Shown in pieces: positions 36,507 through 45,125 of a DNA stretch of 64,000 nucleotides. The notes below the pieces were generated by a model. That model saw only the letters and a program-made list of their open reading frames with translations, was not told where the DNA came from and did not search any database. The translations under genes and the position numbers were made by a program. How positions within the stretch are numbered: the first letter of the stretch is position 1; each line of letters begins with the position of its first letter. Location of the stretch: the IMG/VR virus record IMGVR_UViG_3300044568_003163, positions 230,035 to 294,034 of that record; one strand, given 5' to 3'.

Positions 36507-38132
36507 TTAGCTGTGACATGAAGCACAATCTAAAATATCTCTAGCAAAAGATTGAGCAGAACTTTGACTAAATTGATAGTATAAAGTTTTAACTCCTTCT
36601 TCGTGGGCATAAAGATACAATGCATTAATATCCTTAGCCGAAACTGATGGATGTATCATTAAATTTAATGATTGTGATTGGTCAATGAATTTCTGTCTTT
36701 GAGCCGCTTGTAGTACTATTTCTTTTGGAGAGATTTCAACAAAAGATTTAAAAACTTCTTTAGTAGGAAAGTCTAAATGTTGAACACTTCCGTCTCTTTT
36801 TAATATTCCTTCCCAAACATCTGGAGTATTTAAACTGTATTTGTCTAGCTCTTGAATTAAGAAAGGATTTTTATAAATTGTTTTTGATTTGGCTAAATCT
36901 TTAATAAAATAATTAGATTTGATTGGCTCAATTCCCATACTTACCTGTCCTAAAATAAATGAACTGCTTTTGGTTGGAGCAATTGCAACTAAAGTAGTGT
37001 TAGCATAACCCGGTCTAATTGAACGGTAACCTTTCTCATCATGTAACCATTTTGAAGCTGCTTCACTCTTTTCTTTTAGTGTTGAGAAGATTTCATGATT
37101 TAATTGTTTTGCTTGAAGAGAATCAAATGTAATTAATTTAGCCTGAAATAGTGAATGGTAACCCAATACTCCAAGACCCAATGCTCTGTGGTCATTTGCA
37201 AATCTCCATGCTCTTTTCATTCCAGGCATATTATAAGACTTATTAACGAATTCGTCCATAACTGCGTTTAAGAACATTGTATAAACTTCAATTGCATCAG
37301 TTTCTTTAATTTCTTCCCAATGTAATAAATTGATAGAACCTAAACAACAAACAAATGAATTAAAACTGTCGGTTGGTAATTGAATTTCACTACATAGATT
37401 ACTTGCAGTGATTTCTAAGCCTAACTCTTTATATGGTGAATTAGAGTTTGAGTTGTCTTTAAACATAATGTAAGGAAAACCAAATTCATTACGTCTTTGA
37501 ATTATTTTAGCCCAAATTTTACGTTTGTCTGCGTCTCCAGCTTTCATTTCAGCAATCCAAGCGTCAGTAACGGTAACTCCATATTGTAGGTTTTGAATTG
37601 GATTTCCTTCAGTTCCAATATCTAAAAATTCTAAAATGTCATTATGCTCGACCGGTAACCAAACTGCACATGCGCCTCTTCTAGCCTCTGATTGTTTACA
37701 TACATCAACTGTTGTATCGTATAATCTGGCATAATGTACAGGACCATCGGCAAATCCGCCCGTCGAAATTTTAGTACCTCGTGCTCGGATGTTTCCTAAA
37801 AATGCAGAAGTTCCTCCTCCGTATTTTGACATCATTCCAACTTCTCTACTTCCATTTAAAATACTATCTAAAGTATCAGATACGTTACTCCCATAACAAC
37901 TAACTGGAAGTCCTTTGTCTTTTCCAAAATTAATCCAAACTGGAGTTGATAAACTATAGAATCCTCTACTCATATAGTCCTCAAACTTTTTTGCAAAACC
38001 TTCGATTTTTAAGTATTTTTCTGCGGTGTTTGCTACATCTTTAATTCTCTGCTCTGGAGATTCCGTAATATAACCTCTAGATAAAAATGTTCTACTGTCT
38101 TCATTAAGCCAGTAATTCTTTTCATATTCCAT
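36507..38132 (-). CDS. nrdA: Ribonucleotide reductase class I alpha subunit (no ATP cone)
   Basis: LPVSC, GGGTS, ASNLCSEI, IAPTKSSS, TLYY and C-terminal CASC. Confidence 0.95.
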   Translation of the reverse strand: MEYEKNYWLNEDSRTFLSRGYITESPEQRIKDVANTAEKYLKIEGFAKKFEDYMSRGFYSLSTPVWINFGKDKGLPVSCYGSNVSDTLDSILNGSREVGMMSKYGGGTSAFLGNIRARGTKISTGGFADGPVHYARLYDTTVDVCKQSEARRGACAVWLPVEHNDILEFLDIGTEGNPIQNLQYGVTVTDAWIAEMKAGDADKRKIWAKIIQRRNEFGFPYIMFKDNSNSNSPYKELGLEITASNLCSEIQLPTDSFNSFVCCLGSINLLHWEEIKETDAIEVYTMFLNAVMDEFVNKSYNMPGMKRAWRFANDHRALGLGVLGYHSLFQAKLITFDSLQAKQLNHEIFSTLKEKSEAASKWLHDEKGYRSIRPGYANTTLVAIAPTKSSSFILGQVSMGIEPIKSNYFIKDLAKSKTIYKNPFLIQELDKYSLNTPDVWEGILKRDGSVQHLDFPTKEVFKSFVEISPKEIVLQAAQRQKFIDQSQSLNLMIHPSVSAKDINALYLYAHEEGVKTLYYQFSQSSAQSFARDILDCASCHS

Positions 38133-38155
38133 TCTGTATTTGTTGTTTTTTAATT

Positions 38156-39133
38156 TTAAAATAAGTCGTCTTCAGTAATTGCCTTAGACTTTTTGTTGTA
38201 GTCAATTGATTTTTTGTAGAAGAAATCACCTTCTTTAGTTGAAAGAATCTCAACATCAAACCACAAAGTCTTTTCAATTTCTGTAAAATCAACCTCAAAT
38301 ACAGGTTTCATTCCTATTCGTTGTAAAGAGTTATTGAAACGATTTTGAATGAATTGCTTGATAGTTTCTTTCGATAGGAAATCGAGTTCACCCTTTTCGA
38401 AAATCCAATCAAGAATTTTAACCTCTGCTATGTATGCTTTTTTACAGGCAGAATCTATAAGATTTTCAAATTCTTCATCAAACCATTCTGGGTTTTCTGC
38501 CTTAATAATATTGATTAATTCCGATCCAAAGTTTCCGTGGATCTCCTCTTCTTTACTTGTTGCCTCTACCACATTTGAAATACCTTTAAATAGGTTTTTC
38601 TCCTTGTTAAAAGACATCATAATAAAGAATTGGCTAAATAGACTAACATGTTCTATAAACAATGAAAATAGTAATACGGATTTTGTATACATTTTATTGT
38701 CCTTACTTCTTGTACCGTCCAAATACTTACTTAAGTATGCAATTCTATCTTTAATTGCCGGAATCTCTATTACATGTTGGAATTCATCTTCTAATCCTAA
38801 GATTCTTAATAATTGTGCGTAAGCATCTTTATGTCTTACTTCACTTTCGGCAAAAGTCATACCGACATCTCCGATTTCGGTGATTGGCATTCTTTTATAA
38901 AGGTCCGCCCAAAAGGTTTTAACGTTAACCTCGATTTGTGCAATTGCAAGCATCGATCTTTTAATTACTTCACGTTCTGAATCGGTTACTTTAGTCATAA
39001 AGTCATCGATATCAGTTGTAAAGTTAAATTCTGTGTGAATCCAATATGAATGTCGGATTGCGTCTTTGTACGCTAATAATGAAGGGTATTCGTATGGTAA
39101 AATATTTACCCTTTTTTCAAAGATGTTGCTCAT
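38156..39133 (-). CDS. nrdB: Ribonucleotide reductase class I beta subunit (class Id-like)
   Basis: AQIEVNVKTFW, ESEVRHKDAY, IEHVSLFSQF and KEEEIH metal-ligand motifs. Confidence 0.93.
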   Translation of the reverse strand: MSNIFEKRVNILPYEYPSLLAYKDAIRHSYWIHTEFNFTTDIDDFMTKVTDSEREVIKRSMLAIAQIEVNVKTFWADLYKRMPITEIGDVGMTFAESEVRHKDAYAQLLRILGLEDEFQHVIEIPAIKDRIAYLSKYLDGTRSKDNKMYTKSVLLFSLFIEHVSLFSQFFIMMSFNKEKNLFKGISNVVEATSKEEEIHGNFGSELINIIKAENPEWFDEEFENLIDSACKKAYIAEVKILDWIFEKGELDFLSKETIKQFIQNRFNNSLQRIGMKPVFEVDFTEIEKTLWFDVEILSTKEGDFFYKKSIDYNKKSKAITEDDLF

Positions 39134-39134
39134 T

Positions 39135-40520
39135 TTAATTTTTTAATTTTGACATTTTTCTTTCAATCTCTAAATGTATGTTCTTTTTTCTCTTTCTCTC
39201 TGAATATAACGTAGTAAGAATTTCCTTAAGTACGGAAACTTCTTGATTGTCATATATTGCGCCTGTAGTAGAAACTATAAAGTTCGGATCTGCTTTATGT
39301 TTTTCTAGTTTGTCTGTATCTTGGGTTTTTGTTATAAATGATTCCGGAGAAACATTAAATTGTCTCATAATTGAAGGGTATAGGGAAGCGTAATCAAAAC
39401 ATGTTACAGCTCTAAACATACCTGCTTCAGGTTCTTTAACATAAGCACCTTCATACGAACCTTTTGGTGTATCTACTTTCTTATCGGCAATTACCATGTT
39501 TCTTTTAAAATAACCTTTCCATAAAAGAGCTTCAGTTAAATTTACTGCAGAAGAAGCTTTATAAATAGACAAATCACATAAACAAGAGACAGACAATACT
39601 GAGTTAAGTGTCTTTAATTTTTTGTGAATTAAGCACACTAACGCAGCATCTATGGCATTGTAGAGAATATATTTATCATAATCGTTTTCATACAGCTCTT
39701 GTAAAGTTCCACTATAATGTAATTTAGTTACACCTAATACCGAATTAGCAACCCAATCAAGTTTATTGCTTTCTTTGATCGCTACGGTTCTATCCCATCT
39801 ACGATATACGTCTAGATAATCAATAATTCCGATGTGTAATGGTATTAGATCGTTTCCTTGTAGTTTTCCAGAGGGTGAAGCCTTGGATACGTCGATGTTT
39901 AATCTTTTGCATCGATTAGAAATATATTTCCAGTCAAATCCCATAAAGTTCCAACCGATAGCTAATGAGAAATTAGGTAAAAATTTGTTGATGAAAGTAT
40001 ACATCATATTGTACTCATCTTCAAAGTACATATATTTAAAATTCCAATCGCCGAATTCTTTAAGATATTCTCGATGCTTGTCGAAGATTTCTTTCTCTTG
40101 TTCTTTTGATATTTTTTTCCAACCTAGAACTAATGTGGAATTTGCTTCTGTTGCAATCGCAATAGTAGTTATTCTTTCTCTAGCTATTTCTGGTTTAGGG
40201 AATCCATCAATAACCTCGGTTTCGATATCTATTGATTGTACTTTAGGAAAGTTTAATGCGGAAAGTTCTTCTCTTTCATCTGGTGGTAGAGTATTAATGA
40301 ACTCGTAAACCGACCATTTATTAAGTCTTTTTTCGGCAATCTTTTTAACGGGTTTGCCATCCCAATTCTGAAAATCTGGATTTCTTCGAGGATCTGTTAT
40401 TGAACAAACAGTCCAATTCAATATATGAGGAATTTCGAATTTTTTAATTTTAACTCGACCTTCTTTGTCATAGTAGGAGATGACTAATTCGCTTTCGTTA
40501 TTTTCTACGTCTAATATCAT
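39135..40520 (-). CDS. gp43: Family B DNA polymerase, N-terminal subunit (3'-5' exonuclease plus motif A; gp43A-like)
   Basis: Exo I SIDIET, Exo II GWNFMGFD, Exo III YNAID and motif A FDYASLYPSI; ends in the first fingers helix. Confidence 0.93.
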   Translation of the reverse strand: MILDVENNESELVISYYDKEGRVKIKKFEIPHILNWTVCSITDPRRNPDFQNWDGKPVKKIAEKRLNKWSVYEFINTLPPDEREELSALNFPKVQSIDIETEVIDGFPKPEIARERITTIAIATEANSTLVLGWKKISKEQEKEIFDKHREYLKEFGDWNFKYMYFEDEYNMMYTFINKFLPNFSLAIGWNFMGFDWKYISNRCKRLNIDVSKASPSGKLQGNDLIPLHIGIIDYLDVYRRWDRTVAIKESNKLDWVANSVLGVTKLHYSGTLQELYENDYDKYILYNAIDAALVCLIHKKLKTLNSVLSVSCLCDLSIYKASSAVNLTEALLWKGYFKRNMVIADKKVDTPKGSYEGAYVKEPEAGMFRAVTCFDYASLYPSIMRQFNVSPESFITKTQDTDKLEKHKADPNFIVSTTGAIYDNQEVSVLKEILTTLYSERKRKKNIHLEIERKMSKLKN

Positions 40521-40523
40521 TAA

Positions 40524-40745
40524 TTAAATTTTAGGAATGAATTCTTTATTTATATGACCGCATTTCGAACATTGGAATGTTGGAATTGGAACAAATGAAT
40601 CTTTTGGTGCTCCAGTAACTAACTTAGAAACTTTACGAATAAAAACTACTTCAGTAAAGGTTTCACTGGCACAATTTTCAACTTCACATATAACGGCAAT
40701 AGAATTTTTCTTAATGTCTATGCCTGGTGCTATTAAATTTTCCAT
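40524..40745 (-). CDS. Small Zn-ribbon protein
   Basis: CEVENC and CSKC. Confidence 0.7.
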   Translation of the reverse strand: MENLIAPGIDIKKNSIAVICEVENCASETFTEVVFIRKVSKLVTGAPKDSFVPIPTFQCSKCGHINKEFIPKI

Positions 40746-40747
40746 AA

Positions 40748-41191
40748 CTAATTAATTCCAGTTGAACCAAAACCACCTTCACCTCTTTCGGTAGCCTTAC
40801 CATTCCATAAAGTATTTTCGTCTTCTACAACTTCTACTGGTGCATATACAATAGGCATCAATAAACATTGTGCAATTTTTTCTCCAGGACTTAATGCAGT
40901 TGAATCATTACCGACATTCATTAAGTGGATATGAATTTCACCTTGGTAATCCTCGTCTATAACACAAGCACCTACGTCGAGATGCTTTTTAGTGGCTACA
41001 CCAGATTTGTTCATCATAAGAAATACATGATTTTCTGGTACATTAATTTTTAATCCTGCTGGAATTAAGATAGAATCACCTGGACGCAAAAATTGCGGAG
41101 TGAAATCGTTTGGTATAAATAGGTCGATGCCGGCAGATTGAGGAGTGCCTCTTGACGGATCTTTGACGTCTCTAACTTTTAAGAACTTCAT
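40748..41191 (-). CDS. dut: Trimeric dUTPase
   Basis: SAGIDL, NKSG, VIDEDYQGEI, IAQ and RGEGGFGSTG. Confidence 0.95.
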   Translation of the reverse strand: MKFLKVRDVKDPSRGTPQSAGIDLFIPNDFTPQFLRPGDSILIPAGLKINVPENHVFLMMNKSGVATKKHLDVGACVIDEDYQGEIHIHLMNVGNDSTALSPGEKIAQCLLMPIVYAPVEVVEDENTLWNGKATERGEGGFGSTGIN

Positions 41192-41235
41192 AATGACATT
41201 GTTTTATCATTATATGTAAGACGAATCACGAAGAT

Positions 41236-41457
41236 TCAGTCTTTGTTAGATCGAGACGTAAAGTAATATGCTCCAAAAAATAAGAGTGATAGGGCATAAA
41301 AGATAGCGTCCGTAAGCCAAAATGAGCCTGTCCACTTCATTATCAGAGCGAATAGGGCATCGAATCCAAGAGGGTTGAAGAAGGTTGCCAATATAAGAAA
41401 TATTGTCGCAACATGTTTTCTTGTTGGTTTTTTTGTTTTTTTGCTTGGGATAATCAC
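41236..41457 (-). CDS. Small membrane protein
   Basis: Frame of track ORF 41236..41592 with probable GTG start at 41457; FFNPLGFDALF...FYALSLLFFGAYYF hydrophobic helices. Confidence 0.55.
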   Translation of the reverse strand: MIIPSKKTKKPTRKHVATIFLILATFFNPLGFDALFALIMKWTGSFWLTDAIFYALSLLFFGAYYFTSRSNKD

Positions 41458-41494
41458 TGTCCATTTTATGGTTTTGTTATTTGAGCCGCAAACC

Positions 41495-42208
41495 TTAAAA
41501 GGCAGCTCGTACGGTTGTTTGTCCTTTAATAAAATCTTTGAAATTCTTAAAGGCTTTTTTCTTTTTAGAAGAAGGATTTGGATTATCTCCACTTCCTATT
41601 TTATCTCCTTGAGGTAATGCAATAGGACCCATACCATTAACTGAACTTAATGTAGCTATAGGTGAATTTTCATCTAGCTCAACGTATTCTTTTAATATAG
41701 AATTTTTTGCTTTTTTTCTAAATTCTAAGCTTTTTTCGTTATCGGTTTCCAATTGTTTTTTATTAGTTTTATAAATTTTTAAATTTGAAAGTGCATCTTT
41801 TAATTGTTTATCTGTTGCAAATTCAATAAAAGGACTTTTTATTACGGTATTCCATTTAGCATTAGCCGCATTATCATAGGCAATCCTCAAGTAACAATGA
41901 TTCCTCCAAGTAGTTTCTTTTCGATATTGTACATCCAATTCATCAGCAAGCTTTTTAATCTTATCAGCTAACTCATTTTTTTCTTGATTTGTAGAATTTT
42001 CATTAATCTCATTTGATTCTTTCGTAACAGGTAAATCATCATGTTTAGTTTTAGCAAAGTCTCTTAAATCTTTAAGAGACATTCCATCTGCTAAATCTTG
42101 TATTTGTTTTCTGTACTCTGCATCAATGTCTTTAGCTTGAATATCTCCTTTTTTAAGAGCATAAGCCTGACCCATTAATCTTTGTTGTGATTGAGATAAT
42201 GCCGGCAT
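41495..42208 (-). CDS. DUF3008-like N-terminal domain protein, putative virion cargo
   Basis: MPALSQSQQRLMGQAYALKKG...MSLKDLRDFAKTKHDDLP matches my recollection of DUF3008. Confidence 0.65.
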   Translation of the reverse strand: MPALSQSQQRLMGQAYALKKGDIQAKDIDAEYRKQIQDLADGMSLKDLRDFAKTKHDDLPVTKESNEINENSTNQEKNELADKIKKLADELDVQYRKETTWRNHCYLRIAYDNAANAKWNTVIKSPFIEFATDKQLKDALSNLKIYKTNKKQLETDNEKSLEFRKKAKNSILKEYVELDENSPIATLSSVNGMGPIALPQGDKIGSGDNPNPSSKKKKAFKNFKDFIKGQTTVRAAF

Positions 42209-42214
42209 AATTAA

Positions 42215-42784
42215 TTACGATTCTTGAGCTATCATTGCATCAATAACGTCTGAGCAAATATATCCTTTTGCTTTAGCGAATTGTTTTGCTAATGCTAAAA
42301 CTTTCTTTTCTCCGGCAGAAGTTACTTCATTTTCCTTACCCATTTCATTATTATCATTCCATTCTTCAACGGAAGCTTCTACTTCTTGTTGTATTTGGAT
42401 GGCAGTTGGATTTTGTATTTTTGCAGATTTTTCGTGATAATCTTCCCAATAGTTTGCATCGAAACCTTCATTAACTGGTTTGTTGATTGTAGTTTTTAAA
42501 GTATCTAATTGTACTTTCAATTTTGGATCTAATCCTCTTTCGATACCCCAATTAAATGAAGCTTTAATTAGCATATGTAAAGGAATATCAGCATTTTTCT
42601 TACCGTAAGGAGAAGTTTTTAGCCAATTTAAGTAATGTTCTGCTAAGTCTACTGACATTTTGATGCCTTCTGCTCTAGAAGTATTACCTGCTATTATTTC
42701 TTCAAGTAGTGTTGCAGCTTTAACTCTAGCTTCGTTTAGCATCGATTCATTTACGAATTCTTCGTAGGTTGGGATGTGTTTCAT
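42215..42784 (-). CDS. Putative internal head protein (CTS-like)
   Basis: Starts MKHIPTYEEFVNESMLNE; internal PVNE site. Confidence 0.7.
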   Translation of the reverse strand: MKHIPTYEEFVNESMLNEARVKAATLLEEIIAGNTSRAEGIKMSVDLAEHYLNWLKTSPYGKKNADIPLHMLIKASFNWGIERGLDPKLKVQLDTLKTTINKPVNEGFDANYWEDYHEKSAKIQNPTAIQIQQEVEASVEEWNDNNEMGKENEVTSAGEKKVLALAKQFAKAKGYICSDVIDAMIAQES

Positions 42785-42785
42785 A

Positions 42786-43448
42786 TTATTTGCAGTTGTA
42801 TATTGTTTTTTTGTATTGTCTAGCCATTTGATTGAAATGAGATTCTCTACCGTTATAAAAAGTAAGAGAATAACTTCCTGGTTTTAATTTTTTCTTTAAT
42901 GTATCGTAACCTAAAGTAGCGTAACAAACTACAATATTAGCTTGAGTTGTTATAGCTGCAAAAATACCAAATGTAGTTGCAGAGATGCCAGCAATTTTAA
43001 GGTTTTTATCGTCTGGATTTAATCCAAATGCTCCTGAAGCTCTAGCAAATCCATCTACGGAAACTTCACCAGAAACAAATCCCTTTTCTTTATGTAATTT
43101 AGTAAGACGCTTGATTTCGTCAAAAATTTCTTCTGCTTCTGTATCACTTATTGTAATGTCTTTAAGGGCCTCATTTAAAAAATTTTCATTTTCTAGAATT
43201 CCTTCTACTACTTGTGGCATACCATTATAGAATGCAGCATAAGTATTTCCCTTTTCGAAATATTTAGATAATTTATAAGATCCGTTTTTAGCACCTACCA
43301 CATAAACAGTTTCACCTCTTTCACTTTTCTTTGAAGCCTCTCGTTTTATGTTATCTAGGTCATTTGCTCGAACATTACCTGAACCAGCTAAAGGACCGAA
43401 TTCATTTAAGTTCTCATTAAGATATTCATCGAATGTCGTTAATTTCAT
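42786..43448 (-). CDS. Putative internal head protein (CTS-like)
   Basis: Starts MKLTTFDEYLNENLNE; internal FLNE site. Confidence 0.7.
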   Translation of the reverse strand: MKLTTFDEYLNENLNEFGPLAGSGNVRANDLDNIKREASKKSERGETVYVVGAKNGSYKLSKYFEKGNTYAAFYNGMPQVVEGILENENFLNEALKDITISDTEAEEIFDEIKRLTKLHKEKGFVSGEVSVDGFARASGAFGLNPDDKNLKIAGISATTFGIFAAITTQANIVVCYATLGYDTLKKKLKPGSYSLTFYNGRESHFNQMARQYKKTIYNCK

Positions 43449-43458
43449 TGTTATATTT

Positions 43459-43710
43459 TTATTTTGCGTAAGCTTTTTGGGTTTTACGTAATTTAGTTTG
43501 AATGTTGATAACGTTAATTTTAGCGTTTATTAATTCAAGTTGAACCTTAAACAGACCAATCTTTTCAGGATGTTCCTTTATAGATTTTTGTATCTTTGCG
43601 GCTGACATTTTTAATGCAGCAATAGAATCCGAAGTTTTTTGTTCAGGTGTTCTTCGATCTTCAGAAGCTTCGTTAAGATATTCATCGAATGATGGTATGT
43701 AATTAAGCAT
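43459..43710 (-). CDS. Putative internal head protein (CTS-like)
   Basis: Starts MLNYIPSFDEYLNE. Confidence 0.65.
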   Translation of the reverse strand: MLNYIPSFDEYLNEASEDRRTPEQKTSDSIAALKMSAAKIQKSIKEHPEKIGLFKVQLELINAKINVINIQTKLRKTQKAYAK

Positions 43711-43714
43711 TGTA

Positions 43715-44047
43715 TTAAATTGTTTTTCCTATTATTATTTTGCAATCTTGATCGAAATTTCGTTTCTCATCGTCAGGATATGAATTTGAAATAATTATCT
43801 TTCCATTTTCTCTTACTATGATATTATACGAGATTCCTTCTCCATAAGATATAAAACGATAAGTTTCTTCTCGATCTTCGTCTTTAGTCATGAATGCATT
43901 GATGTTCTTAGCATCTTTATTCTTTTTAGCAAATTTTTCTTTTGCCTCATCATCAGGACTCCAAGTCTTTTTGGCTAATTGAAGTCTTTCGATAGAATAC
44001 CTAACCTCGGCTTCATTAACAAAGTCACTGAATTTTTTAAGTTTCAT
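43715..44047 (-). CDS. Putative internal head protein (CTS-like)
   Basis: Starts MKLKKFSDFVNE. Confidence 0.65.
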   Translation of the reverse strand: MKLKKFSDFVNEAEVRYSIERLQLAKKTWSPDDEAKEKFAKKNKDAKNINAFMTKDEDREETYRFISYGEGISYNIIVRENGKIIISNSYPDDEKRNFDQDCKIIIGKTI

Positions 44048-45102
44048 TATAGCCCTAAGTCTCTTTTGGCCATCATGATAGCAACTTTATAATATTGAGC
44101 AGTTCCTTCGTCGGATGTAGAAGTAAGAGCTTTTGTAAGTTCTTTAATATTATCATTTCCATCAAATTTGAATTTAGTTAATGCATTTGCAGGAACTCTA
44201 AAGAAATCTGAAAGTCTAGAAATACATTCTTTTTTAATTTGTTCTTCCGGATATACAATTCTTGATTCAGAAATAACATCTTCATTTTCAGATTTATTCT
44301 GTAAAGCAATAAGATCGTTTATTTGTTTTCTTTTACCGTTAGTCAATTCAACTACTTTATGAGAGATTCCGTAATATTTCTTGTCTCCTGGAGAAAGTGA
44401 TTTATTCATACGAGATTTCATTGCAACTAATGCATCTTTGTCATCGCCAGTTTCTATAACGTTACCCATATCTCTACCTACAAAAATAGGAAATGAATTT
44501 CGAGTTCCAATAGATCCACCGGTTCTAACTAATGCAAATTGTTTAGATAAATCAACAGCACCTTCAAAAATAGGCTCAGTTTTTGATTCATTAATTGTAT
44601 TGAACTTAAAAAGTCCGATTGATTCTTTAACCATTTCGTTGGTAGTTTTTTTATTTTGTAAAATGTGTTGTAATACTCGTTTTCCGTAAATTGAAAGGGT
44701 TAATAAAGGCTTTCCTGCATTTTTAAATGATTGGAAATATTTTTCATTTCGATCAAACCATTGCTTTTGGTTGATAGTCTTTCCTCTATTCTTCGACAAA
44801 TCTAAAAAGAAATGGTCTAAGTCTTCTTTAGTTACGAACTGTGCACCTACAAATTCAATTACTTTGTCTCGTATAGGTGCTGAACTGTTTGCAAGTTTAG
44901 ATGCATATTGCCCGTATTTTCTTTTAATTTGTACTCTTTCTCCTATGTAATCTCCATAGTTTTCACTTATTGCAACAATGTCATTTATTCGAGTAAATTC
45001 ATCACCAGAATTAATAGTCACAACCGTACCTTCTTCTAAAAGTACTTTGATAGATTCTCTACAAATAAGAATTTCATTTAGAAAGTCTCTGGTAAAATTC
45101 AT
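44047..45102 (-). CDS. Hypothetical modular protein, putative virion cargo
   Basis: Starts MNFTRDFLNE; several internal hydrophobic-x-E sites; AATATATAA motif at 45118-45126. Confidence 0.65.
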   Translation of the reverse strand: MNFTRDFLNEILICRESIKVLLEEGTVVTINSGDEFTRINDIVAISENYGDYIGERVQIKRKYGQYASKLANSSAPIRDKVIEFVGAQFVTKEDLDHFFLDLSKNRGKTINQKQWFDRNEKYFQSFKNAGKPLLTLSIYGKRVLQHILQNKKTTNEMVKESIGLFKFNTINESKTEPIFEGAVDLSKQFALVRTGGSIGTRNSFPIFVGRDMGNVIETGDDKDALVAMKSRMNKSLSPGDKKYYGISHKVVELTNGKRKQINDLIALQNKSENEDVISESRIVYPEEQIKKECISRLSDFFRVPANALTKFKFDGNDNIKELTKALTSTSDEGTAQYYKVAIMMAKRDLGL

Positions 45103-45125
45103 AAGGTTGTTGTTTTTTTATATAT

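Noticed and set aside
34287-39134. Intron, frameshift or split-intein explanation for the divided polymerase
   Set aside because: The gap contains intact essential genes; neither half carries intein blocks, and each has its own start and stop.
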